A DNA stretch of 64,000 bases, from positions 4,791-68,790 of the forward strand of contig JBMFGW010000004.1 of NCBI GenBank assembly GCA_049977145.1. Reading direction: 5' to 3'. Within the stretch, counting starts at the first letter, position 1. Each line of letters starts with the position of its first letter. Made by a program: the position numbers and the translations under genes. This DNA comes from Phycisphaerae bacterium. GTDB lineage: Bacteria; Planctomycetota; Phycisphaerae; WQYP01. The notes under the pieces are model-generated. The model did no database searches. It worked only from the letters and a program-made list of their open reading frames with translations, and had not been told where the DNA came from. This document shows positions 42,102 to 51,224 of this stretch, piece after piece.

Positions 42102-42515
42102 TTATCTTCCAGCGGGACTAATGATGTCCAACCGTGGAAAATAGGTTCGGTAACGTCCCATGTCGCGCGTCATCAGTTTGAGTCCTTCAACCGCCGCATG
42201 CGCACCAATAAAAAAATCAGGTAATACCACTATCTTCTCACCGCCACGTCGTCGATATGACAAAAAGCATTTTGCCGCCAGAAAGGCCGCCTCATAAGGT
42301 ATGCCACGGCGTTCGAACCACTCCGGCGGAAGTGCTTCGTTGACATCCTCAATACGGGAAAATCGCACCGATACCTCGACGAAAATTACCGCATTGATGA
42401 CCAGCGTATGGCGTTCCGCCGCCTCGGCCAATGCCTCGCTGGACCATTGAAACCATTGGGAATCCTCGGTGAGAATATCGAGCAACACATTAGAATCCAC
42501 CATGATGCCGGGCAT
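42102..42515 (-). CDS. vapC: PIN-domain ribonuclease toxin VapC
   Basis: PIN acidic residues (MVDSNVLLDIL..., EVS). Confidence 0.85.
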   Translation of the reverse strand: MPGIMVDSNVLLDILTEDSQWFQWSSEALAEAAERHTLVINAVIFVEVSVRFSRIEDVNEALPPEWFERRGIPYEAAFLAAKCFLSYRRRGGEKIVVLPDFFIGAHAAVEGLKLMTRDMGRYRTYFPRLDIISPAGR

Positions 42516-42518
42516 GTG

Positions 42519-42740
42519 TCACATCCGTGTAAGTTTCATAATCTCATCGGTCGATAAGCCGGTGCCGGCGCGGCCACGCATCCGTGCAATCAAAGCGTTT
42601 CCTCGTCGGCCCTTGGAGATCTTGCGTAAAACAATCTCCCGGCCGCGAATGATAAATTCCACGTCCGTGTGTGGAAGAATTCCAGCGCGTTCGCGAATCG
42701 CCCGAGGAACTGTTACTTGGCCTTTCACTGTCACCTTCAT
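42519..42740 (-). CDS. vapB: AbrB/MazE/SpoVT-type antitoxin VapB
   Basis: MKVTVKGQVTVPRAIRERAGI swapped-hairpin motif. 73 aa, separated from vapC by 3 nt. Confidence 0.75.
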   Translation of the reverse strand: MKVTVKGQVTVPRAIRERAGILPHTDVEFIIRGREIVLRKISKGRRGNALIARMRGRAGTGLSTDEIMKLTRM

Positions 42741-43218
42741 GGTTGAAACTCCTATGCACCGGCCGCGCCACGCTTTCGATCATTAACAGCGGACGGCGTA
42801 TGGTAATACTCTTACAGGTATTATTACTACTCTGCAATGCAAACGCAAATAGAAAGCGGTGTGGGTGGCGGTCTATAATTTTATGGCTCTTCGGGCAAAC
42901 CAGTGGGTAAATTATGCTCGAAAAAATGATGTGAGCGGCAATTGGCCGTGTTTTTCTGTCGCTTCACAGAGTTTCAAAACTGTTGATTCTCATGGGATGG
43001 AAAAACGTAGCTACAAACGACGGTTATCGGATGCCTATCGATTCGCTGGTTTTCGCATGGCCCCCAAAGTCACCGGCATGTTTGGTGATCCCAAGGCGCG
43101 GTTGCTGCGTCTATCGCGGCGCTCAAAACACGCTTTGCGGCTGCTGTGGAAAGGCCCACAGCGGCTGGTATGACCATAAAACTCGACGGGTGCGTGATCT
43201 TTCGTGCGGAGACATGTG

Positions 43219-43770
43219 GAAGCCGAAATCTCCCGACACATCGGGACAGGCCCTTTGCCGCAGGAGCCGGCTAATCGGGGCTTCACCTCATTCCCGATCA
43301 ACCGCACCCCGGCGACAGCCGCCGCACCGGGGCCGCCCCAATGACCATTGAGCATTGAGCGCAGCGCCGCTGCGCCTCATAAAGCCGCGACCGTTGGTCG
43401 CGCCCCGTTTAGCGTCGTCGGCTGCCGACGGGCGCTCCCCATTCCCAAATCCCCCAGCCCCGCCGCGGCGGAACATCTGGGGGCGCTGGTGTCCCCACCC
43501 GCCGTAGTCCCAGTTCCAATGAGGCCGCAACGCCCATCCGCCAAACTCATCACCGGCAAACCTTATTCTGCCAACCTCGCTGGGCATGTATCTTAATATC
43601 TACGCGCACGGGCCAAACCGTTACCGCCGCACCGAACCGCAATATATCCTTTTAGCCGCGTGGCCTTGGCCCGCGCGTTCGCAGCGGAAATCCCACGCCC
43701 ATGCCAAAAAATATAGCCGCACCAAGGGCAATGCGTTATGCCTTGCATATATTCAATAAACGATGGATGT
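43219..43770. repeat. Copy 2 of ~550-bp structured intercassette repeat (ends in AAACGATGGATGTC)
   Basis: About 90% identical to 46600-47151. Internal hairpins are TCCCGAcacaTCGGGA, GCGACCgttGGTCGC, CGTCGGCtGCCGACG and CCCCCAG...CTGGGGG. Confidence 0.8.
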
Positions 43771-43852
43771 CCCCTTTTTCGCATCTTTCGCCTGTTGCAA
43801 TTATTACGGGAATTCGAGGAAGCCTCGAACAAAATCGGCATTTGCCAAGGAA

Positions 43853-44281
43853 TCACTCCGTTGAAGGCTTATCTTGGAGGTATTGCCACCCTCGCGCCTT
43901 TGCGTGCTGCTTCAACTTTTCCGCTTTCTTTGAAGCTTGGCTTTTGCCATCTTGCCCAAAATCGATAAGGGCGTGCGCCGGGTGTGTGGTTGGGTCTGGG
44001 TTTGGCGTTAGGCTGAGAGCGGTGCACTCTTTTACACTGACCGACATAACCCCGATAGAGAGGTAGCCTAACTCTCTGCTGTAATGCCTCCACGACTCCT
44101 CGGCGGTGATTTTATCGCCATCGTAAACCGAGAGCTTGTTTCTATCTTTCGGCGTTGGGCGGAAAACTTGCGATGTGATTTCCCCGTCTTGGCACCAGCT
44201 GGGATGCACCTGCCGGTGTAACAATGTTTCGTCAGTCATTCCGCCGCTCCACCCAGGGTCATTATTTGCGCCACCAACCAC
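43853..44281 (-). CDS. Hypothetical protein (142 aa) with basic Lys-rich C-tail; downstream gene of the unknown two-gene operon
   Basis: The ORF has an internal ATG (M15) forming an ATGA start/stop overlap with the upstream gene. No recognisable domain. Confidence 0.6.
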   Translation of the reverse strand: MVGGANNDPGWSGGMTDETLLHRQVHPSWCQDGEITSQVFRPTPKDRNKLSVYDGDKITAEESWRHYSRELGYLSIGVMSVSVKECTALSLTPNPDPTTHPAHALIDFGQDGKSQASKKAEKLKQHAKARGWQYLQDKPSTE

Positions 44282-45390
44282 TTCCAGGATTCAGGAAGAT
44301 TAAGGTTCAAGGCCTTGTTACTTTCTTCCACGTCCGTTGTAAGATCGACCTGAAACCAATCGGCATTGTGGGTTTTAATGTCGATTTCCAAGGATGCCGC
44401 GATTTGGCCTAGCTTCCATTCCGCCTGAATGCCACCCTCTACCGTGGGATATAAACGTGGTAAAATCGCCTCCTCAGAATAATATTTATTAAACGCACCT
44501 CTTAACCAAATGAGCCCATCGGAAGCGGGCGCTTTGCCTTCGCCTTCGAGCCATCCATCTTTCAGGTTGGCTATCTCTTCCAATCTCATTTCCACGTCAA
44601 GTGGATCGAGTTCATTAATATGTTCGATTGACTCAAAGCTCTCCAACCTCTTGCTGCGGTTAAACTTTCCAACGCCCTGCAGGAGCACGCGATACCCCTG
44701 CCTATATTTTGCGAACGCTTTCAAGACGGGATCGAGGTGCTGGGGGGCCAATGGGGCGAAGATTTTGTGACCATCCGCCTCCTGTAGTTGGAAGGTCATC
44801 TTGGCTTGGTCAGCCTCGCAGATCGCAGCACGAAGCGTTACATCTTCGGTATAGTCCTTTACAGTGTCGGAGGCTAAAAGTAAGGCTCGTCTGACGGTTA
44901 ATGTTAAACGAGTAACTGCTCCACCATCAGGGGACGTGAACTCGATGGCTTCATCTCCTCGGAGGCTGCGACCGATCCTGTCGAACCAGCCCAGTTTTTC
45001 TTTTGGGACATGGTTAAAGATTTCCTTGGGATTTGCTGCTGCTTTTATTGCGGCGAGAACTGAATCTCTTCCCTTCTCAAGCCAAGTTACAATGTCTGAC
45101 GGGAACAACATGTCGGTGGAAACCGAAAGCGCAATTACAGGGATTGCGCTTCCCGCCTCAACTGCGGTAAGCTTCAGCGAAATACCCTCGGTGAAATGAC
45201 GCGGTGATCGCTCGCGGTTTGGGTTGGCTTTCAAAAATTCATGTTTGGCCATTTCCAAGATCATGGCTTCTAGCGCGGCTAAGTCACCTAGGACTTCCAA
45301 TGGGATAGAATGTTCTTCAAACCTTGGCCCAACGAAACGGGGACGTAAAAATTCAGTTTCGTCCATCAACCTTACCTCGTAAGCCTGCAC
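44236..45390 (-). CDS. Hypothetical protein (384 aa); upstream gene of the unknown two-gene operon
   Basis: Long ORF of coding-like composition with no recognisable motif. It is translationally coupled to the 142-aa gene. Confidence 0.65.
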   Translation of the reverse strand: MQAYEVRLMDETEFLRPRFVGPRFEEHSIPLEVLGDLAALEAMILEMAKHEFLKANPNRERSPRHFTEGISLKLTAVEAGSAIPVIALSVSTDMLFPSDIVTWLEKGRDSVLAAIKAAANPKEIFNHVPKEKLGWFDRIGRSLRGDEAIEFTSPDGGAVTRLTLTVRRALLLASDTVKDYTEDVTLRAAICEADQAKMTFQLQEADGHKIFAPLAPQHLDPVLKAFAKYRQGYRVLLQGVGKFNRSKRLESFESIEHINELDPLDVEMRLEEIANLKDGWLEGEGKAPASDGLIWLRGAFNKYYSEEAILPRLYPTVEGGIQAEWKLGQIAASLEIDIKTHNADWFQVDLTTDVEESNKALNLNLPESWKWLVAQIMTLGGAAE

Positions 45391-45758
45391 AAATCATCAC
45401 AATCGTGGATACCGCACCTCGAAATTTAGGTTGTTCCCACTGGATACATATGCGATCCCCAGTTCGCTGTGATCGAAGCACAATAATGCTGATATTTTAC
45501 CCGCAGAACACTAAATGGCAACGTCCAGGCACTTCGCGCAGCCATGATTAGTCCCTCTTGCCGGATACCATCAACTTTCGCATCGCCGCATGGAATAGGT
45601 AAAATTCAGCGGGCGCACCACATGCACCGCCGTGGCGGAACTCGGTATCGCGACAACGCCCCCCAAACAACTGCACCAGAATGACAGAATTTTGATAACC
45701 GTCAAGACCTGCGCGGAATCCGGTGCGTCAGTGAAACAATCTGTGTCTTATTAACTGA

Positions 45759-45995
45759 ATGGAGTTCACCATGGAAATATCCGTTAAGGGGGAGTGGCGA
45801 CTCAAATCGCACACGGATGGCGAAGAGTATTCCGGGAAGACTGGAGCGGGCGTCAGCCTCAGCAAGGTTACCATTGATTCTGAATATACGTTCGTCTGCG
45901 AAGAAACAACCGAATTCGCGCTCGCCAGCGGGAAAGAGACCCAAAAGCTTACGCTCATGAGCCTAAGGGAAAATCGCCGATCGGTCATGGAATGA
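45759..45995 (+). CDS. Small acidic hypothetical protein (about 74-78 aa), divergent from the two-gene operon
   Basis: GGAG 7 nt upstream of an internal ATG (MEISVKGE...). Very low confidence. Confidence 0.25.
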   Translation: MEFTMEISVKGEWRLKSHTDGEEYSGKTGAGVSLSKVTIDSEYTFVCEETTEFALASGKETQKLTLMSLRENRRSVME

Positions 45996-46099
45996 GAAAA
46001 TGGATTGCCAGTTGGATGTTTGCTGTTAATCCGGTCGGTCAATTGTGGAAACGGTGGATGTCACATTTTCTATATCCCAAGAAATGCGTGTACTTAGAT

Positions 46100-46113
46100 A
46101 AACGATGGATGTC
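46100..46113. other. Cassette-junction motif AAACGATGGATGTC (site 2)
   Basis: Same core as 43757-43770, 47138-47151 and 49111-49123, all in the same orientation. Confidence 0.5.
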
Positions 46114-46233
46114 ACCAATGCAACTCCCTTAACAATACAGCGCGACTTTGGCCGGGATCGCGATTGGCCGAAAAGACCCCACTGCCCCTCGCTTTTGCGA
46201 TGCTGCAGTATATTCGTAATCAGATTTGTGGCG

Positions 46234-46485
46234 TTATTGTCGAGAGAAAAGCAATTCGTCCGCCGGAACCTCGAATGTAGCGGGACTTTCATCCGCGTTA
46301 CCAACAGGCCGCACGCGCACAAGCCGTCGGCCCAAAGAGCCTATGGCACCTCTATCTTCAACAACGACGACCGAAAGATCGCTGCGACCAAAGCGGATTT
46401 TAGCCCGGCGACCAACGGACGGCACCAAGCGGATTGACCGCCTCGGTTTATGAATTGGTAATTTCGCCATAAAGCATCCCTTCAT
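46234..46485 (-). CDS. Possible small ORF (83 aa) in the cassette remnant between junction site 2 and repeat copy 3
   Basis: ORF only. Competing overlapping ORFs sit in other frames. Confidence 0.15.
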   Translation of the reverse strand: MKGCFMAKLPIHKPRRSIRLVPSVGRRAKIRFGRSDLSVVVVEDRGAIGSLGRRLVRVRPVGNADESPATFEVPADELLFSRQ

Positions 46486-46599
46486 ATCAGAGCGTTAGAC
46501 ATTATAGCATTCGCTACCACCATCGACGGCAGATTGTCGCGCATGGCAAGCCAAGGACAACTCGCTTGCCCCAGCCATAGCCGCTCCCTGTTTAGGCAG

Positions 46600-47151
46600 G
46601 AAGCCGAAATCCCCCGACACATCGGGACAGGCCCTTTGCCGCAGGAGCCGGCTGGCCGGGGCTTCACCTCATTCCCGATCAACTGCTCGGCGGCGACAGC
46701 CGCCGCACCGGACCGTCCCATTGATCATTGTTCATTGAGCGCCGCGCCACCGTCCCTCATAAAGCCGCGACCGATGGTCGCGCCCCGTTTAGCGTCGTCG
46801 GCTGCCGACGGGCTCTCCCCTTCCCAAAATCCCCCAGCCCCGCCGCTGCGGACGATCTGGGGGCGCGGGTGTCCCCACCCGCCGTAGTCCCAGCTCCAAT
46901 GAGGCCGCAACCCCGATCCGCCGAACTGGCCACCGGCGAACCCTATTCTGCCAATATCGCTTGGCATGTATCTTAATATCTACGCGCACGGACTAAACTA
47001 TTACCGCCACACCGAACCACAATATATCCTTTTAGCCGCGTGGCCTTGGCCCGCGCGTTCGCAGCGGAAATCCTACGCCCATGCCAAAAAATATAGTCGC
47101 ACCAAGGGCAACGCGTTATGCCTTGCTCGCAGCTAATGGACGATGGATGTT
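46600..47151. repeat. Copy 3 of ~550-bp structured intercassette repeat (ends in GGACGATGGATGTT)
   Basis: About 90% identical to copy 2. Stem sequences are conserved while loops vary (GCGACC-gat-GGTCGC). It ends 20 nt from the AIPR stop. Confidence 0.8.
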
Positions 47152-47171
47152 AGACGTTCGCGTCGCCTCTT

Positions 47172-48956
47172 TTAGTCTGCCGCCCACCGATCATCGAATT
47201 CGTCCGCGTCCATCCTTAGCGAGTCCCGCAGCTTCTGGCTCAGCTCACGGCCGCCGGGCATTGATGGAAGCATGTTAAAATATTGTCCGACTGCCTGCCG
47301 GATTCCTGCCAAACACGCCTTTGTTTTGATCCAGTTTTGTGGGCTGAATACGCGGTTGGCCAGCTGGGGCTCATTTGCGGCCGCCTCAAGTGCGCTGTTT
47401 AGGCACGTTCCGGCTGCGTCTACCACCTGACCAATAAGATTGGCCGCCTTTGCCCTCTCATACGCAACCACAGGGTTAGGAACGCCGTCGCCTCTAGAGT
47501 TTGCCTGGCAGAAGTACAGTGAGACAGCGTACAAGTGGTTATACGGGGCATAGGATCGCATTGCCAACAGCGACTCATTCAACCCAAGGGGATTGTCTTT
47601 CTTCCACCGCTTTTCAATCTCCTGCATCCAATGCGACAGAGCATAAGCGTTCTCGGGTGCATACTCCCGATTACGTTTGAAAAGTTGCTCGAAGTGCTTG
47701 TCGAAGAGCTTGTTTTCGCTATACGAGATGTTTGGTCGCTGTGAATGCCAAGCCATCATCCACTTCGCCAACTCCATCAGATCGACAACCTCCGTCCCAT
47801 CGCGATCTGCAGGTGGCTTCTCGCCCCTTTTGGTAATGAAGTATCCCATTGGATATTTCTGCTCGTACGACTTCTTCGTGGCGAGAACACGCCGGTCGTT
47901 GCTGCGCAAATCCCTTGGCTTGACACCGCTCTGGGAGTTGGTGGAGATGCTGATCCTGTCGCCGCGGTTCCGCTCCGGAATCTCATAAAAGCGGAACATC
48001 GCATAAGCACTGTCGAGTTCCTTGACTCGCTCGCTGCATGAAAGGATGGTGTTCAGCGACTGACAACCGTTGACGATGCTGAGGCCCTTTATCGTCAGCA
48101 TGCCGTCGTTAATATCGAACTTACTGCAGATTGCGGTGACACCGTTGTGGAGGAAGAAGAAGTCATCTGCCCGATCACTATAAATTGTGTCCTTGATGCC
48201 CTTATTCACACGATTGTTCAAGCCCAACGACTGGCGGACATTCTTTTGAAAGAGCGTCCCATCCTTGATGCCCGGAATGGCGATACAGTCTTTCAACGGG
48301 ATCGCGGCGACGATACATTTCGTTCCGCCGATTTCCATTGCCATATACTTGTCAGATTCCAGCGTGACCTTATGGCTGATGAGCGGGTTCTCGCGATCCA
48401 GCGAAATATCGTAACGACGCTTCAGTTCCTCCGGGTCAACAACATGTATCTCCGCCGGAAAATCCTCTGCTTCAGCGATATTTTCCTGAAACTGCGCAAG
48501 ATCCTCCTTGGCGCCAGTGGTCAAGAACCCGGTGGCGATGAGCTCGAAGGAAACGTTATATTCATCTTCAATCGCAGTGGCAACTTCGGCGAGCCGGCGC
48601 TTAAGCCTTTGATTCCCAGTAGCCTGCAATTTGACAATATCTTTGAGCTTAATCCATGATGACAGCACCTCTCGCAAAGGTGCCGCGTCTATAGTCGGTT
48701 GGCCCACAAATTTGCCCTGGATAACGTAAACCGTTGCGTTGCCATCGTCCACAACGATTGCATCAATCTGCTGGTCGTCGGGGCCATCTGTGACATCCTC
48801 TCGGGTTTCAATCATGTCGCGGCCATGAATGTTATGCACATACCAAGCGACGAAACGCTGCCCGTCATTGACGTATTTTTGTTGAAAATACTCACCTTGA
48901 ATTTCTTTTTTAATCTGGTCGTAAATCGATGGCACGGGATCGGGGGACAAAGTCAT
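47172..48956 (-). CDS. AIPR-family abortive infection phage resistance protein
   Basis: 594 aa with the AIPR-like core (FFFLHNGVTAICSKFDINDG) and a long C-terminal helical region. The segment is visibly AT-richer than its neighbours. Confidence 0.75.
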   Translation of the reverse strand: MTLSPDPVPSIYDQIKKEIQGEYFQQKYVNDGQRFVAWYVHNIHGRDMIETREDVTDGPDDQQIDAIVVDDGNATVYVIQGKFVGQPTIDAAPLREVLSSWIKLKDIVKLQATGNQRLKRRLAEVATAIEDEYNVSFELIATGFLTTGAKEDLAQFQENIAEAEDFPAEIHVVDPEELKRRYDISLDRENPLISHKVTLESDKYMAMEIGGTKCIVAAIPLKDCIAIPGIKDGTLFQKNVRQSLGLNNRVNKGIKDTIYSDRADDFFFLHNGVTAICSKFDINDGMLTIKGLSIVNGCQSLNTILSCSERVKELDSAYAMFRFYEIPERNRGDRISISTNSQSGVKPRDLRSNDRRVLATKKSYEQKYPMGYFITKRGEKPPADRDGTEVVDLMELAKWMMAWHSQRPNISYSENKLFDKHFEQLFKRNREYAPENAYALSHWMQEIEKRWKKDNPLGLNESLLAMRSYAPYNHLYAVSLYFCQANSRGDGVPNPVVAYERAKAANLIGQVVDAAGTCLNSALEAAANEPQLANRVFSPQNWIKTKACLAGIRQAVGQYFNMLPSMPGGRELSQKLRDSLRMDADEFDDRWAAD

Positions 48957-49110
48957 CTGTAGGCCTTTCGTTGAGAACGACGACAGGGCAATATTCTACA
49001 ACATCCCGCCAGCGCCCGATAGGGGATCGATTCCCGGCGAAGAAAGCGGGGCGAAGATCTTACGGCGCGATGCCGCAGCGGGGGCACGAACTGAGTGCGG
49101 TTTGCGTCTA

Positions 49111-49123
49111 TTCAATGGATGTC
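49111..49123. other. Cassette-junction motif TTCAATGGATGTC (site 4)
   Basis: It shares TATTCAAT...GGATGTC with site 1 and lies about 45 nt 3' of the protease stop. Confidence 0.45.
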
Positions 49124-49166
49124 ATTATTTCGTGCCGCTACGGGCTGCATGGCGCCGCCCCATGGG

Positions 49167-49967
49167 CTACCATGGCATCGCATGATGGTCCAGCGCGCCG
49201 TCGGCACGCAAGAACGCTGCGTGAGCGACGAAGATAGTCGCATGGATTCCTTCGCCACTCTCGTACATGAAGCCCACCAGTTGCGGGATATTCCGGGCCT
49301 CGTCCACGACGTACACGGCGCTGCCACTCATACCGCCCAGCGAGGTCAGCTCATCGAGATCAGGATTGCACTTAACGGCAACCCGCACCATATCCCCATC
49401 CGCGAGAACGATATGCCGGGCCGAAACAGAGGTCACGAAATCGCAGACCGGAGTCGCCCGCGCGTCCAGTCCACCGGCGCTGGACGCGCGGTGCGCTCCC
49501 GGGAATCCTAACAAGACCGCAACCTGACCCTCCATGGCGCGGATCGGGGGCCAAACCTCGGCCCTGAAATAGGATTTCCCACTACCCGTGATGCGTTCCG
49601 GATCCGGCAGCCTAAGCACCGCTAAATCCAGTCGCGTTCCACCGTTTTCAACAAGATGGGCGTCCGATACGATCACTGGCGGGACGCCGTTCCCGGCCCC
49701 GACGGCCAGAACGGCGTGCGGATTGGCTTCCCTTAATTCATTGAAGCGGTCGATCACATGGCCGCATGTGACCAGAAGTTTCGCGGTGCCGGTGTCGATG
49801 AAGGAGGCGGTGCCATTGCAGATCACGTCGCTCGGCGGTGCTCCGCTGCTCGGCAAGAGCAGCAGCATGCCGACGTGCGGCAACAGCCGAGGGGTGATTT
49901 TTTCCAGTCGATCCTTAAGTTCCTTTTCATCCATCTGAAATGCTCCAGCACCACCGAACCTCGACAA
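49167..49967 (-). CDS. Cytoplasmic trypsin-like (S1/chymotrypsin-fold) serine protease
   Basis: His-Asp-Ser in canonical order (LLVTCGHVI, LDLAVLRL, LGGMSGSAVY). No signal peptide. The start is probably the second ATG (MDEKELK, 49934) with GGAG upstream. It lies about 55-90 nt 3' of hsdS on the same strand. Confidence 0.7.
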   Translation of the reverse strand: MSRFGGAGAFQMDEKELKDRLEKITPRLLPHVGMLLLLPSSGAPPSDVICNGTASFIDTGTAKLLVTCGHVIDRFNELREANPHAVLAVGAGNGVPPVIVSDAHLVENGGTRLDLAVLRLPDPERITGSGKSYFRAEVWPPIRAMEGQVAVLLGFPGAHRASSAGGLDARATPVCDFVTSVSARHIVLADGDMVRVAVKCNPDLDELTSLGGMSGSAVYVVDEARNIPQLVGFMYESGEGIHATIFVAHAAFLRADGALDHHAMPW

Positions 49968-50021
49968 AACCAGTCGTATCTTTCAACCCCTCCGCCCGCC
50001 CTAAATTTGAGATCCCGTTCA

Positions 50022-51224
50022 TCACAACTCCCCATTAAACGCCCGGTGCAACATGGACTGAAACAGGGCATCAAGCCGGGCGCGGCTGGTGGTTTGAGCG
50101 GATTCGATCTGGCGGATTTCGGTCACCCGTTGGGCAAATTTCTTTTGTAATGGCAGTGGCGGGAAGGGAATCGCCAACTCGCTCAAGAATTTTAGGTTTA
50201 TATTTTTTTGGGCCATTTGTGGTGCAGCTTCCTCGAGATGATTTTCCATGGTAACGAGACAAGCACGAACGTAATCGGCAGCAACGCCATCGCTCGGGAT
50301 AAACCCGACCATACTGTCTGGAAAGCAGGCCGGAAATGTCAGGATGGCTGTTTTGCCAATGTTCGCGGCAATGGTGACAACGAGCGTTCCAGCAGGCCAC
50401 ATTCGGCTTTGGGCGAAACCCTTTTCCGAATAGGTCTGGGTATAGGTGGTGATCTCGCCGTTGGCACTGGCAACATCGCCCGTCTGGATAAATGGATATT
50501 TGCCCCCATAGAGGCTGGGATCTCCTCGCGGGCGATTTCTGGAGCGTCCGCGATCAAGCTTACCTATTTCAGGGAGCATTTTGACTTTCCAACCTTCGGG
50601 ATTTGTGACAGGATCACCAAACATCTCCTGAAAAAGCGCGGGGATGAGGTCGGCGGTGCGGCGGTCGGCTTGGGCGCGGAGTTTTCGCAACCCGTCGGCC
50701 TCGTCCAGCAGCTTCACGATCCGCTCCTGCTCCGCCAGCGGCGGGAGGGTAATGGTGGTCGCTCTCAGGTGAGATGGGCCGAAGTTTTGTTGAGCGGATC
50801 CGGTTACGAGCCGGGTGATCTGCCCACGAAATTCGACCGAATCGAGCCAGTGCCGCAGCCAGCCCAGGCTTGAGACCCCCTCTTTCGGTTTGAACCGGAT
50901 CGTGCTGGTGTTGAGGCAGAGAGGTAGGTGTTGCGTCTCGACAAACGCGCCGCGAGTCCGCAATAAACCATCCTTGTCAAACGAGATTCCCGAACTGGCT
51001 ATTACCATGTCGCCCGCATCTATGAGAAAGTGAGAATACTTTTCCTGAACTTCCTCATGGGCAAGGTAGCGTTCCGTGCTCGACAAGTCGAGATTCCCCT
51101 CACTCGTAATATTTGCAACGTTGAGGAGCTTGACGCCTGATCCGCGGAACTGCCATTTACGAACACCCGGTCCCTCTTGAAACCAATAGGCATCCCCTAG
51201 CGGTTTTGTTGGCCAGCGCTTCAT
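50022..51224 (-). CDS. hsdS: Type I restriction-modification specificity subunit HsdS
   Basis: Two target-recognition domains separated by a conserved central repeat (PPLAEQERIVKLLDEA) and a terminal repeat (PLPLQKKFAQRVTEI). ATGA overlap with hsdM. Confidence 0.9.
   Translation of the reverse strand: MKRWPTKPLGDAYWFQEGPGVRKWQFRGSGVKLLNVANITSEGNLDLSSTERYLAHEEVQEKYSHFLIDAGDMVIASSGISFDKDGLLRTRGAFVETQHLPLCLNTSTIRFKPKEGVSSLGWLRHWLDSVEFRGQITRLVTGSAQQNFGPSHLRATTITLPPLAEQERIVKLLDEADGLRKLRAQADRRTADLIPALFQEMFGDPVTNPEGWKVKMLPEIGKLDRGRSRNRPRGDPSLYGGKYPFIQTGDVASANGEITTYTQTYSEKGFAQSRMWPAGTLVVTIAANIGKTAILTFPACFPDSMVGFIPSDGVAADYVRACLVTMENHLEEAAPQMAQKNINLKFLSELAIPFPPLPLQKKFAQRVTEIRQIESAQTTSRARLDALFQSMLHRAFNGEL

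Noticed and set aside
41266-42144. 292-aa plus-strand ORF spanning repeat copy 1 and running antisense into vapC
   Set aside because: Arg/Pro-rich low-complexity translation. It overlaps a well-supported PIN gene on the other strand and a non-coding repeat.
42859-43173. 104-aa plus-strand ORF between vapB and repeat copy 2, considered as an IS66 TnpB-like or IS3 OrfA-like fragment
   Set aside because: Only a vague resemblance of a basic segment (HALRLLWKG). No convincing conserved block. Left unannotated.
43288-43596. ORFs inside repeat copy 2 (43348-43596 +, 43288-43587 -, 43035-43355 -) and their counterparts in copy 3 (46728-46976 +, 46725-46967 -, 46482-46721 -)
   Set aside because: Substitutions between the copies are mostly non-synonymous in every frame. 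The composition is GC-rich and low-complexity (Ala/Pro/Gly/Arg). There is no RBS. These are ORFs expected by chance in a roughly 65% GC non-coding repeat.
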